DNA of 64,000 nucleotides from Alphaproteobacteria bacterium (lineage in GTDB: Bacteria > Pseudomonadota > Alphaproteobacteria > Rs-D84), in contig JAFXVM010000014.1 of assembly GCA_017524525.1 (NCBI GenBank), positions 5,680-69,679 on the forward strand. The letters run 5' to 3'. How positions within the stretch are numbered: the first letter of the stretch is position 1; each line of letters starts with the position of its first letter. The notes under the pieces are model-generated. The model ran no database searches and had not been told where the DNA came from. It was given only the letters and a program-made list of their open reading frames with translations. Both the position numbers and the translations under genes were made by a program. Below, piece by piece: positions 25,802 to 35,506 of the stretch.

Positions 25802-28630
25802 TTAAGGTGTTGTTCGCACTCTCCATCCTGTTGAATGGAACCCAGTTCTTGTAAATGTTCCGCTTGGGAATGCAACCGCACCATCATATGTACAAGAATT
25901 AGATTCAACCAAATTGTTTTGATTGTACCAGTTCAAAGTAATGGTTGTCGCATCACAGTATTGAACCGCGCCCAATGTTCCAAACAAATCTTTGCGGAAT
26001 GAAGAACTGTCGGTTATATTTGTGACACAAGTTTGTGCGCAATATGTTGAACATTGTGCTTGGTCGTTAAAAGTATTTTGAACTGGGGTTATATGTGCTG
26101 GTGTCACAGTCACATTGGAACCGCCCAACAACGAATACCCTGTTAAATTGCAAGAACAATCATAAGTATTGCTTGCGTTAATTGCACAGGTTGCATTACC
26201 GTTGATTTTGGTGTTATCGCTCCATTTAATTTCCCAATCACCCGGTGTCATACCCGTAGTTGCGCCTTGGTCGTTGCCAGAACTGCTGCCCGATGCGGAA
26301 CTGTCACCTGCAAGATATTTTATATTCTGGTTATAAACACCCAATATTGATTGCAACACATAATTCGACAAAGCCCCTGGGGTATTGGATGCATAACCAG
26401 TCGAACAATTCAAAGCCGTCACAGCGCAAGCGCCAATTGAATCAAGTATGCACCCAGCAACACTGCCACTGTATTCTTTACAGGTTGCGTTTGTATTCGC
26501 ATACGTTGCACCGCTTTCTTTGTTGGCATTTGTGACCCCAGTGCGTGGGTTAATAGTTGCACATACCACAGAACCAGTCTTATAACACTGTTTGTCACTT
26601 ATTGCACCTGCGGCAGAATATGGATAAGTTGTCGAACAAGCGTTAATTCCCTGATTAACGTTCTTATAGAAGAATGTTCCACCCGGACAATAAGAATTTG
26701 CAGTGCATGGTTGACATACCATCGTGTTTGCTGGCAGGTAAGTCCCCGGTTCACAAACATACTGTGCCTGGTCACACACAGGTTGTTTACCCAAAGAATC
26801 AAAAAGAAGCAAACGTGAATTTTGTTCGCGCGCTATTGCCTGTGCACAGGTCAGAGTACATTTGTCTTGACAAATTTGTTGTGTGTCGTATTCGAAAGCT
26901 TTAATCGTATTTGCAGGTGACACAGATACTGGGGTTGCGCCCAACAATGAATAGCTGTCCAAACTGCAGTTGCAATCATATTTGCCGTCGGCATTAATTG
27001 AACATGAAGCAAATCCATGAACATAGGTATTATCAGACCAAGTTAAGCGATATTCACCATTTGTCATTCCTGTTGTTGTACCTTGATTGTTAGCATAACT
27101 ACTTGGACCATTTGCACCAAGTGATAAAAAAGATATATTGGTGTTATAATCCCAAAACATATCTTGAATAACATAATTTGCAAGTGGTCCCGCGGTTGTC
27201 GCTGTATACCCCGCATCACAAGCCAACGTCATCGCACATGCACCAATCGGGTCGGTTCCGCCACCAACAGCATAAGAAGCCCCATTCCAGAACGTTATCA
27301 CAGATGCATTTGTGTTTGTATACGATGCAGTACCATGACCCGCCGTATACGGATTAAGGCTAGAGCAAGCCTTGGACCCAAGGATATAACACTGACTTTC
27401 GACTGTTGCGCCAGACAAAGAATAAACCGCAGAACCATTTACGTCGCTTGGACATGTTTTTATCCCTTGGGCATCAGAAAGTTGTGGGAATGTTCCCCCC
27501 GGGCAATAACTGCCACTTGGACAAGGTGAACAAGTTGTCGCATTAGCTGCCAAATATGTTCCCGGTTGACATGTATAGGTTATCTGTTCACATGCCATCT
27601 GTTGACCATATGTTCCCAATATCGCGAGTTCAAGACTAGGTTTGTCGTGAAATGATCTATAGCATTCATATACACAAGCATCTGCACAGTCTGTCGCATT
27701 TCCGAAAATATTCAGTGACACCCAATCAGTATCTGTTGTTGTCACTGTTGTGCCAGAATTTGTTGTATAACTGTCCATATTGCACCAACATTGTGTACCT
27801 GTGCTGGATGGGCTAAAAGTTGCATTCGGACGCGTTTCTCCATGTTCGCTGTTAGTATTATCGCATGATGTACGCATATGTATTTTTGCGCCATCATTCC
27901 AAGCATATTCCACGGTGCCATTTGTCATATTCGTCGAATCGCCAAAACCCAGTGCGACACTGCTGCTACCGTTGCCAGTTGTAGAACCACTGCGCGCGCG
28001 CCATTTCGTATTAGATTTTGATATCTTTGAAGATTGTGCAACATAATTTGCCATTGCACCATTTGTAGATGGATTTAAATTGTACCCATTGTTACAGGTT
28101 AAACTTACGATTGCACATGCACCAATTGTATTTGAAACAAGCGTTCTGTTAATCGCATATTCCCTGGCGGGTACCGAAGAACCAGAAGTTGCGTATGTCG
28201 CGGTCCCATTAACAACAGGATTAATGTTTGCACATGATGTCGTTTTGGCACTATAACACATGTTAGAATTGTCGTTTCCTGTATCAGAAAGATGGTAGAA
28301 AGACTCATGATAGTCTGAACAAGCCTTAATTCCCACATCCGATGTTTCATCAAATGTATATGTACCACCCGGACAAACATAATTTTGGGTACATGTCAAA
28401 CATGTCGCGGTTAAATGATCCAAAAATGTCCCAGGATTGCAAGTATATGTATTTGGCGTCCATCGTGCGATAAATTTTGTCGCAGCATCGGTTTCCAACG
28501 CGCTGTTTACGCTGCACATAGCGTTCACGCCATTTATTTTACCACTGGTATCAATAGTCACGGCCAAAGCAGGGCACGCAACGCAAATTGCGATAATAGA
28601 CGGAAAAAGAATTTTTTTTCTGTTATACAT
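25802..28630 (-). CDS. secreted cysteine-rich modular repeat protein with a C-terminal flg_new (Listeria-Bacteroides) repeat, family member 1 (942 aa from M19)
   Basis: Leader MYNRKKILFPSIIAICVACPALA, three ~270-290-aa Cys-rich modules, and terminal ITLNWY...SCTYDGAVAFP...TRTGFHSTGW. Confidence 0.8.
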   Translation of the reverse strand: MYNRKKILFPSIIAICVACPALAVTIDTSGKINGVNAMCSVNSALETDAATKFIARWTPNTYTCNPGTFLDHLTATCLTCTQNYVCPGGTYTFDETSDVGIKACSDYHESFYHLSDTGNDNSNMCYSAKTTSCANINPVVNGTATYATSGSSVPAREYAINRTLVSNTIGACAIVSLTCNNGYNLNPSTNGAMANYVAQSSKISKSNTKWRARSGSTTGNGSSSVALGFGDSTNMTNGTVEYAWNDGAKIHMRTSCDNTNSEHGETRPNATFSPSSTGTQCWCNMDSYTTNSGTTVTTTDTDWVSLNIFGNATDCADACVYECYRSFHDKPSLELAILGTYGQQMACEQITYTCQPGTYLAANATTCSPCPSGSYCPGGTFPQLSDAQGIKTCPSDVNGSAVYSLSGATVESQCYILGSKACSSLNPYTAGHGTASYTNTNASVITFWNGASYAVGGGTDPIGACAMTLACDAGYTATTAGPLANYVIQDMFWDYNTNISFLSLGANGPSSYANNQGTTTGMTNGEYRLTWSDNTYVHGFASCSINADGKYDCNCSLDSYSLLGATPVSVSPANTIKAFEYDTQQICQDKCTLTCAQAIAREQNSRLLLFDSLGKQPVCDQAQYVCEPGTYLPANTMVCQPCTANSYCPGGTFFYKNVNQGINACSTTYPYSAAGAISDKQCYKTGSVVCATINPRTGVTNANKESGATYANTNATCKEYSGSVAGCILDSIGACAVTALNCSTGYASNTPGALSNYVLQSILGVYNQNIKYLAGDSSASGSSSGNDQGATTGMTPGDWEIKWSDNTKINGNATCAINASNTYDCSCNLTGYSLLGGSNVTVTPAHITPVQNTFNDQAQCSTYCAQTCVTNITDSSSFRKDLFGTLGAVQYCDATTITLNWYNQNNLVESNSCTYDGAVAFPSGTFTRTGFHSTGWRVRTTP
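25949..28447 (-). repeat. three tandem Cys-rich coding modules (type A, B, B)
   Basis: Module heads Y-x-C-x-P-G-T-[FY]-L at aa 80, 370 and 642 of the track ORF. Module nt ranges are 27578-28447, 26762-27577 and 25949-26761. Confidence 0.75.
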
Positions 28631-28862
28631 ACTTTTTTTCTCTCTCGTGGTGCAATTTTTTCGGCACTGAACCTGATACAACATAAATTACACCATCTGC
28701 CCATTTTTTATAAAAATGCCAGATTTTTGCCCTTTCCAGTCCGTTTTTTTACACCAACAAGTACTATATATATGAACATCTTAATATAAATCAAAAATAA
28801 AGAAAAGAGAAAAAAAAGAAAAAAGTCGTCGAAACGACTTTTTATTTCTTGACTTGTTAACG

Positions 28863-30683
28863 TTATTTTTCTATTTTGTCTTTATCTTCATTTTTGTCAT
28901 CTTTTTCATTGGTCTTAAATTGCATATCATAAAGCATCTTGTATGCACCACATTCTATTTTTAACAAATCTTCGTGTGTCCCAGTTTCAACGATTTGCCC
29001 GTCATTGACAACAATAATCTTGCTGGCATTACGGATGGTTGAAAGTCTGTGCGCGATAACGAACACCGTTTTATCATGCATCAAATTTTCAATCGCTTTT
29101 TGAACAACGGCTTCTGATTTGTTGTCCAGTGCCGATGTTGCTTCGTCCAGTACCAATATCGGCGCATTCTTCAAAAATGCACGTGCGATTGCAACACGTT
29201 GTCTTTGACCCCCAGACAGTAAAATTCCGCGTTCACCAATTTGGGTGTCTATGCCATCTTTTAGTGTTGCTAAAAATTCGTCCAAATAAGCCAATTTGAC
29301 GGCTTTCTGTAATTGTGCTTCGCTTGCGTTTTCGTCGCCCAACATAATGTTTTCGCGAATTGTTCCTTCGAACAAGAAATTGTCTTGGAATACAACTGCA
29401 ATGTTTTGACGCAAAGATTTCAAAGTAAAATCACGAATATCGCGCCCATCAACAGTTATAGAACCAGATGTCACATCATAAAATCTGGGTAATAAATTAA
29501 CCAAAGTTGTTTTTCCACCACCAGAATTTCCAACAATAGCGACAGTTTCGCCCTTATTCACAACCAAATTAATATGTTTTAATACTGGCACATCAGGAAC
29601 ATAATTAAATGTGACATCATTAAAACTAATTTGATGTTGCATAGCAGGCATTTCTATTGCATCTTCTTTGTCTTTGATTTTTGGTTGTGCGTCCAATATA
29701 TCAAAACATGTCTCGATTGCCCAAAAAGACATAATCACAGAACTGTATGTGTTTCCAATACTTTTCATTGGCTGATAAAGCAAAATTAATGCAGTCAAAA
29801 ACGACACAAATCCGCCTGGCGTTAATTGTTTAGATAAAATTAAATACGACCCAAACCAAAGTGCCAAAGCAATACCAATCGATAAAATAACATGCATTAC
29901 AGGTGTTAGCCAACGTGTTCTTTGGAAAACTTTCATTTGTAGATTAAAGTTTTTGTGAAGTACATCTACATATCTGTTTTCTTGGTATTTTTCCAAATTA
30001 TAAGAAACGATAGTTTTGTTTCCAGAATAAGTTTCATTATATTTGGTTGTCAAACGCGACATAATAGCCATCGCATTATTTAATACGGGGGATACGCGCT
30101 TTTTAAGAGACGCCATTGGCAAAAACGCAAACAATAAAACCGCCACAGTCACAAAAGCCAATTGCCAAGAATTAATGAAAAGCACGACTATCAATGAAAG
30201 CGAAGTAAAGAATTTTTGAACAAAAGATTTAAGATTCGATAATAACCCAGCGCAAGCAGCATCTGCATTAGAATTAAATCTTATTAATATCTCTCCGGAA
30301 TTTTTAGTTGTGAAAAATTCTGTTTCAAACATTAATAATTTTCTAAATAAATCTGCCTTTAACGCGTTAGTGATTTTCCCACCAACCCATGTATTAAGAT
30401 AATTTAGTGTATACGTTAATCCACCCTGAACAGTGGTGAACGCAACAATCAGTACAGGAATATACCAACTTGACTGCATGGTTTGTTCGACCATAACTGC
30501 GTCAGTATATGGCTTTATCGCCCATGCAATAACCGCATCCATTGAACCAACTGGAATCGCCAACAACAAAGTCATTAATGCACGGAACCACACAGGCTTA
30601 ATATATGGCCACATGCGCTTATAGTTTTTAACAAACATATTTTCCAAAACACGCCGTTTCATCGCGGCAGATAATTTTTCCAT
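28863..30683 (-). CDS. ABC transporter, fused permease/ATPase (MsbA-like exporter)
   Basis: Six N-terminal TM segments, Walker A GNSGGGKTT, signature LSGGQRQRVAIARA, Walker B ILVLDEATSALD. Start is chosen at M22 (AGGA upstream). Confidence 0.85.
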   Translation of the reverse strand: MEKLSAAMKRRVLENMFVKNYKRMWPYIKPVWFRALMTLLLAIPVGSMDAVIAWAIKPYTDAVMVEQTMQSSWYIPVLIVAFTTVQGGLTYTLNYLNTWVGGKITNALKADLFRKLLMFETEFFTTKNSGEILIRFNSNADAACAGLLSNLKSFVQKFFTSLSLIVVLFINSWQLAFVTVAVLLFAFLPMASLKKRVSPVLNNAMAIMSRLTTKYNETYSGNKTIVSYNLEKYQENRYVDVLHKNFNLQMKVFQRTRWLTPVMHVILSIGIALALWFGSYLILSKQLTPGGFVSFLTALILLYQPMKSIGNTYSSVIMSFWAIETCFDILDAQPKIKDKEDAIEMPAMQHQISFNDVTFNYVPDVPVLKHINLVVNKGETVAIVGNSGGGKTTLVNLLPRFYDVTSGSITVDGRDIRDFTLKSLRQNIAVVFQDNFLFEGTIRENIMLGDENASEAQLQKAVKLAYLDEFLATLKDGIDTQIGERGILLSGGQRQRVAIARAFLKNAPILVLDEATSALDNKSEAVVQKAIENLMHDKTVFVIAHRLSTIRNASKIIVVNDGQIVETGTHEDLLKIECGAYKMLYDMQFKTNEKDDKNEDKDKIEK

Positions 30684-30863
30684 TTTGTATATCCTGTTTT
30701 TCAAACCAGATACCAGATTAGTAAATTTATAACCAAAAGTCAACATCTCATAAATTCCTAGGGTAAAGAATAAAAAATGTTTGTATATACCATTTTATCC
30801 TTGCTTTTATAGATATTTTCTATCAAAATACGCCCGGTTTAATCAACATACAAAGGAGATACC

Positions 30864-33524
30864 ATGGCAAATAAATGGGTTTATACATTTGGAAATGGCT
30901 CCGCCGAAGGTCGCGCAGACATGCGTAATCTCTTGGGGGGTAAAGGTGCAAATTTGGCAGAAATGAATTTGGTTGGATTGCCTGTGCCTGCTGGGTTCAC
31001 AGTCACAACCGAAGTTTGTACATACTATTATGAAAACGGTCAACAATATCCAGCAGATTTAATGGACCAAGTCAAAGCAGGTATTGCACATATTGAATCT
31101 ATTATGGGTAAAAAATTCGCAGATAATGAAAATCCATTATTGGTATCAGTTCGTTCTGGTGCGCGTGTTTCTATGCCTGGAATGATGGATACAGTTTTGA
31201 ATTTGGGTTTGAATGATGAAACTGTAAAAGCCTTGGCCAAAGCGGCAAATAATGAAAGATTTGCTTATGATTCTTATCGTCGTTTTATTATGATGTTCAG
31301 TGACGTTGTGTTGGGTGCTGATATTGATTTGTTTGAACACACTTTGGAACGTATGAAAGAAGACAAAGGCTATAAAGTCGATACAGAATTAACAGCTGAA
31401 GATTTAAAAGAATTGGTCGAAAAATTCAAAGAAATCGGTGTTAAAATCGGCAAAGTTTTCCCGCAAGATCCATGGGAACAATTGAAAATGGGTATCGGTG
31501 CTGTGTTTGGTTCTTGGATGTCTAAAAAGGCTATTACATATCGTAAGTTGAACAATATTCCGGGCGATTGGGGCACAGCAGTTAATGTTCAAGCAATGGT
31601 GTTTGGTAATTGTGGTGATGATTGTGCAACTGGTGTGTGCTTCTCTCGTGACCCTGCAACTGGCGAAAACAGATATTATGGTGAATACTTGATTAATGCC
31701 CAAGGTGAAGACGTTGTGGCTGGTATTCGTACTCCACAGCCTATGGCAAAAGATGATTCTGGTCGTACATCTTTGGAAGAAGCAATGCCAGAAGTTTACA
31801 AAGAATTGGTTGATGTTCGCAATAAATTGGAACACCACTACAAAGATATGCAAGATATGGAATTTACTATCGAACATAAAAAATTGTGGATGTTGCAATG
31901 CCGTAATGGTAAAAGAACAGCGGCTGCTGCGGTTCGTATGGCTGTAGAAATGGTAGAAGAAGGCTTGCTTACCAAAGAAGAAGCAATTTTGCGCGTTGGG
32001 GCAGACCAATTAAATCACTTGTTGCATCCAATGTTGGATCCAAAGGCAGAAAAGAAAGTTATCGCAACCGGTTTGCCTGCATCCCCTGGTGCTGCGGTTG
32101 GTCAGGCTGTATTTAACGCAGAAGATGCGGAAGCCTGGCACAAAGAAGGCAAAAAAGTTATGCTTATCCGCGTTGAAACATCCCCAGAAGATATCGCTGG
32201 TATGAACGCAGCCCAAGGTGTTATCACTGCGCGTGGCGGTATGACTTCACATGCAGCAGTGGTTGCTCGTGGTATGGGAACACCATGCGTATCAGGTTCA
32301 CCAGACATCAAAATTGATTATGAATCAAAAACTATGAAGACAACATCTGGCGTGGTTATCCACGAAGGTGATTGGGTTTCTATTGATGGTGCCAAAGGTC
32401 AAATTATCGAAGGTGCGGTTCCAACAGTATCTGTGGAATTAACTGGTAATTTTGGGACTTTGATGAAATGGGTTGATGAAATCAAATGTTTGAAAGTCAA
32501 AGCAAATGCAGAAACACCAAAAGATGCTAAACAAGCGCGTGATTTCGGTGCAGAAGGTATTGGTTTGGCTCGTACAGAACACATGTTCTTTGATCCATCC
32601 CGTATCCAAGATATGCGCGAAATGATTTTGGCAGATGACGAAGGTGGCAGACGTGCTGCTTTGGATAAATTATTGCCATATCAAAAGGCTGACTTTGTAG
32701 AACTGTTCAAAATTATGGACGGTCTTCCTGTGACGATTCGTTTGATTGATCCGCCTCTACATGAATTCTTGCCTCATACCGAAGCGGATATGGAAGAATT
32801 GGCAAAACACATTGGCAAAGATGTAGAATTTGTTAAAGCCAGAGCGGAAGCATTGAAAGAACAAAATCCTATGTTGGGACACCGTGGTTGCCGCCTTGCG
32901 ATTACATACCCAGAAATTTGCGAAATGCAAACACGCGCAATATTGTCTGCTGCACTGGAATGCAAGAAAGCAGGTGTTCATGTTTACCCAGAAATCGAAG
33001 TTCCACTTGTTGGTTCCAAGAAAGAAGTTGATATCGTTAAATCAGTTATCGATGCAACAGCAACTGCTTTGTTCGCAGAAACAGGGGATTCAATTGAATA
33101 TCATGTTGGTTCAATGATTGAATTGCCACGTGCTGCGGTTTTGGCAAATGAAATTGCAGAAAGTTGCGAATTCTTTGAATTTGGAACAAACGATTTGACA
33201 CAAACAACATTGGGAATGTCGCGTGACGATACAGGTAAAATTTTAGACGAATATCGTTCTCGCGGTGTTTATGTGGCTGACCCATTTGCATCCGTGGATA
33301 AATTGGGTGTTGGGTTATTAATTAAAGACGCTGTGAACAAAGCGCGCAGCACCAAAGGCGATAAAATCCATCTTGGTGTATGTGGTGAACATGGTGGCGA
33401 TCCAGAATCTGTTGAATTCTTCCATGAATTGGGATTTGATTCTGTGTCTTGTTCTCCGTTCCGTGTGCCAATTGCACGTCTTGCTGCGGCACAAGCGGCG
33501 GTCAAACACCCACGTAAAAAATAA
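30864..33524 (+). CDS. ppdK: pyruvate, phosphate dikinase
   Basis: GGKGANLAEM, phosphohistidine region GGMTSHAAVVARGMG, C-terminal GVCGEHGGDPESV. 886 aa. Confidence 0.95.
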   Translation: MANKWVYTFGNGSAEGRADMRNLLGGKGANLAEMNLVGLPVPAGFTVTTEVCTYYYENGQQYPADLMDQVKAGIAHIESIMGKKFADNENPLLVSVRSGARVSMPGMMDTVLNLGLNDETVKALAKAANNERFAYDSYRRFIMMFSDVVLGADIDLFEHTLERMKEDKGYKVDTELTAEDLKELVEKFKEIGVKIGKVFPQDPWEQLKMGIGAVFGSWMSKKAITYRKLNNIPGDWGTAVNVQAMVFGNCGDDCATGVCFSRDPATGENRYYGEYLINAQGEDVVAGIRTPQPMAKDDSGRTSLEEAMPEVYKELVDVRNKLEHHYKDMQDMEFTIEHKKLWMLQCRNGKRTAAAAVRMAVEMVEEGLLTKEEAILRVGADQLNHLLHPMLDPKAEKKVIATGLPASPGAAVGQAVFNAEDAEAWHKEGKKVMLIRVETSPEDIAGMNAAQGVITARGGMTSHAAVVARGMGTPCVSGSPDIKIDYESKTMKTTSGVVIHEGDWVSIDGAKGQIIEGAVPTVSVELTGNFGTLMKWVDEIKCLKVKANAETPKDAKQARDFGAEGIGLARTEHMFFDPSRIQDMREMILADDEGGRRAALDKLLPYQKADFVELFKIMDGLPVTIRLIDPPLHEFLPHTEADMEELAKHIGKDVEFVKARAEALKEQNPMLGHRGCRLAITYPEICEMQTRAILSAALECKKAGVHVYPEIEVPLVGSKKEVDIVKSVIDATATALFAETGDSIEYHVGSMIELPRAAVLANEIAESCEFFEFGTNDLTQTTLGMSRDDTGKILDEYRSRGVYVADPFASVDKLGVGLLIKDAVNKARSTKGDKIHLGVCGEHGGDPESVEFFHELGFDSVSCSPFRVPIARLAAAQAAVKHPRKK

Positions 33525-33540
33525 TTTTTACGATGCAATA

Positions 33541-33566
33541 AAAACCCCGATTCTTCGGGGTTTTTA
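33541..33566 (+). terminator. intrinsic terminator after ppdK
   Basis: aaaaccccga-ttct-tcggggttttt. Confidence 0.75.
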
Positions 33567-33659
33567 GTTTTTTTTGTTTTTTATGAAAATATATATTTTT
33601 TTTGTTTTTTTTAATTTTGATTTGTGTTATAATGCCACTATAAAAGGAAGGAGATTTTG

Positions 33660-35228
33660 ATGAAAAAACTATTTTTAACCTCTGGGGTTATTTTATGCAT
33701 GGCGTGCCCAGCGCTTGCAACAACCGACATTGATTATTCTAATGGCAGTTATACTGCTGGTGGTGCAACACCTACCTGTGTGGAAGATATTACTGGTCAA
33801 ACAGAACAACTTTCAACAGCTGAATTTGAAGCGCGTTGGACTCCAATACCATATACGATTGCTTTTGCAGCGGGAACAGCGGGAACACATACACCCAGTG
33901 GTTCAACAGCATCTGTGACGCCTGTCACGTTTGATAGTACCAATATCGCATTGACTGCAAATGGATTTACACAATCTGGTTATCACTTTACGGGTTGGGA
34001 ATCTCCTGTTGATTTGACGGATGGAACTGCTGCACCAGTAGATCCGGGTTATGTTTTGTATCGTGGGACCCAGGCAAATACTCCTAATGGTGATTACAGT
34101 AGTGGTACGGTGGCATCTTACGGTTATGTCCCGGCATCTGGTACAACTGTCACACTTACTGCACAATGGGCGCCAAATACATACGACGTAGTTTATAATC
34201 CTGGTACTGCAAAAAATGGTTCTACTACTCATGCGGTGTCAGGAACCGCTTATACAGATACTGCAACATATGAAGCGGCATACACTGTGTTGAATAACAC
34301 AAACAGCAATCTTGGTTTTTCGCAAACTGGTTATCATTTTACTGGTTGGCGTGCAGATAACGACATTGTGACTCCTACATCTACTGCTTTAAGTGATTCT
34401 AATACGGCGGGCGGAACGCAATTTAGTGCGGGCGCAACACCAACGTATAAAGTCCTTGGGGCTGTCAATATGTATGCTCAATGGGCACCGGATCAATATG
34501 ATATATCGTACAATAGTGGTTTACATGGCAGTGCTTCCACGGATCCGTATGAGGTCACAAATGGTTTGACATATGATTCAACATGGACACCTGCTGCTTT
34601 TGCATCAACGGGTATCACAGCTGATTCCGGATATACATTCAGTCACTGGAATACCAGTTCAGATGATACAGGAGCCACCTATGTAGCAGGTACAGAACAA
34701 GCTGCGTGGACTTCTGAACAGGGTTTAAGTTTATATGCTATATATACTGCGAATCCTTATACAATCTCGTATAATTGTGGTTCTGCTGTTTCTGGTTCTG
34801 CGTCTACTGCGGGTGGTTCTGTTCCAGGAACACAAAATGTCTCTATGGACGGTCCATATACATTGGCAGCGAATACCTGTACAATGTCCGGTTATACGTT
34901 TAACGGTTGGTCATGTCCAAACTTACCAGGAACACCGACCATGCCTGCGGACGCAGAAACAAAGACATACTTTGCAGGTGGTGCAACAGGTACATACAGT
35001 TACGCAGGCAGCATAACATGTACAGCACAATGGAAACCAAACGACATTACTTTGAACTGGTATAATGATACAGTGGCTAATGGTGGAACGGCAATTAATG
35101 TGTCTGGTACTGATGCGGAGTCTTGTACGTATGACGATACAATTGATTTGGCTCCACTGCCAACCAAGACTGGTTATCACTTTACAGGGTGGACACTCAG
35201 AACAACACCTGCGTCACAAAACCCATAA
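33660..35228 (+). CDS. secreted flg_new (Listeria-Bacteroides) repeat protein, family member 2
   Basis: SD AAGGAGA. Leader MKKLFLTSGVILCMACPALA. Five G-Y-x-F-x-[GH]-W units separated by ...AQW.P[ND].Y... junctions. Ends TKTGYHFTGWTLRTTPASQNP. Confidence 0.8.
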   Translation: MKKLFLTSGVILCMACPALATTDIDYSNGSYTAGGATPTCVEDITGQTEQLSTAEFEARWTPIPYTIAFAAGTAGTHTPSGSTASVTPVTFDSTNIALTANGFTQSGYHFTGWESPVDLTDGTAAPVDPGYVLYRGTQANTPNGDYSSGTVASYGYVPASGTTVTLTAQWAPNTYDVVYNPGTAKNGSTTHAVSGTAYTDTATYEAAYTVLNNTNSNLGFSQTGYHFTGWRADNDIVTPTSTALSDSNTAGGTQFSAGATPTYKVLGAVNMYAQWAPDQYDISYNSGLHGSASTDPYEVTNGLTYDSTWTPAAFASTGITADSGYTFSHWNTSSDDTGATYVAGTEQAAWTSEQGLSLYAIYTANPYTISYNCGSAVSGSASTAGGSVPGTQNVSMDGPYTLAANTCTMSGYTFNGWSCPNLPGTPTMPADAETKTYFAGGATGTYSYAGSITCTAQWKPNDITLNWYNDTVANGGTAINVSGTDAESCTYDDTIDLAPLPTKTGYHFTGWTLRTTPASQNP

Positions 35229-35263
35229 AACAGTCTTTGGGTATCAAAAACTTGTGTCTAAGA

Positions 35264-35293
35264 AAAACACCCCAGAACGGGGTGTTTTTTTTT
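35264..35293 (+). terminator. intrinsic terminator after 33660-35228
   Basis: aaaacacccc-agaa-cggggtgt followed by T9. Confidence 0.75.
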
Positions 35294-35506
35294 GCGTTAA
35301 AAAACTCTTGATTTTTTTTGAAAATTTTTTGTATATACGTTTTTGCGAATCGTTTTTTTGCAAAATGCCTGATTTTCTAAAAATAAAATCCCCCAGATTT
35401 CTGCGGGTTTGTCTATACATTTTTGGCAAAAATATTTTATTTTGTCAAAAATTTGGTTTATGAAATTTTTGTGATATAATTACTAGTGAAGAGAGAAGAG
35501 AGAAAA

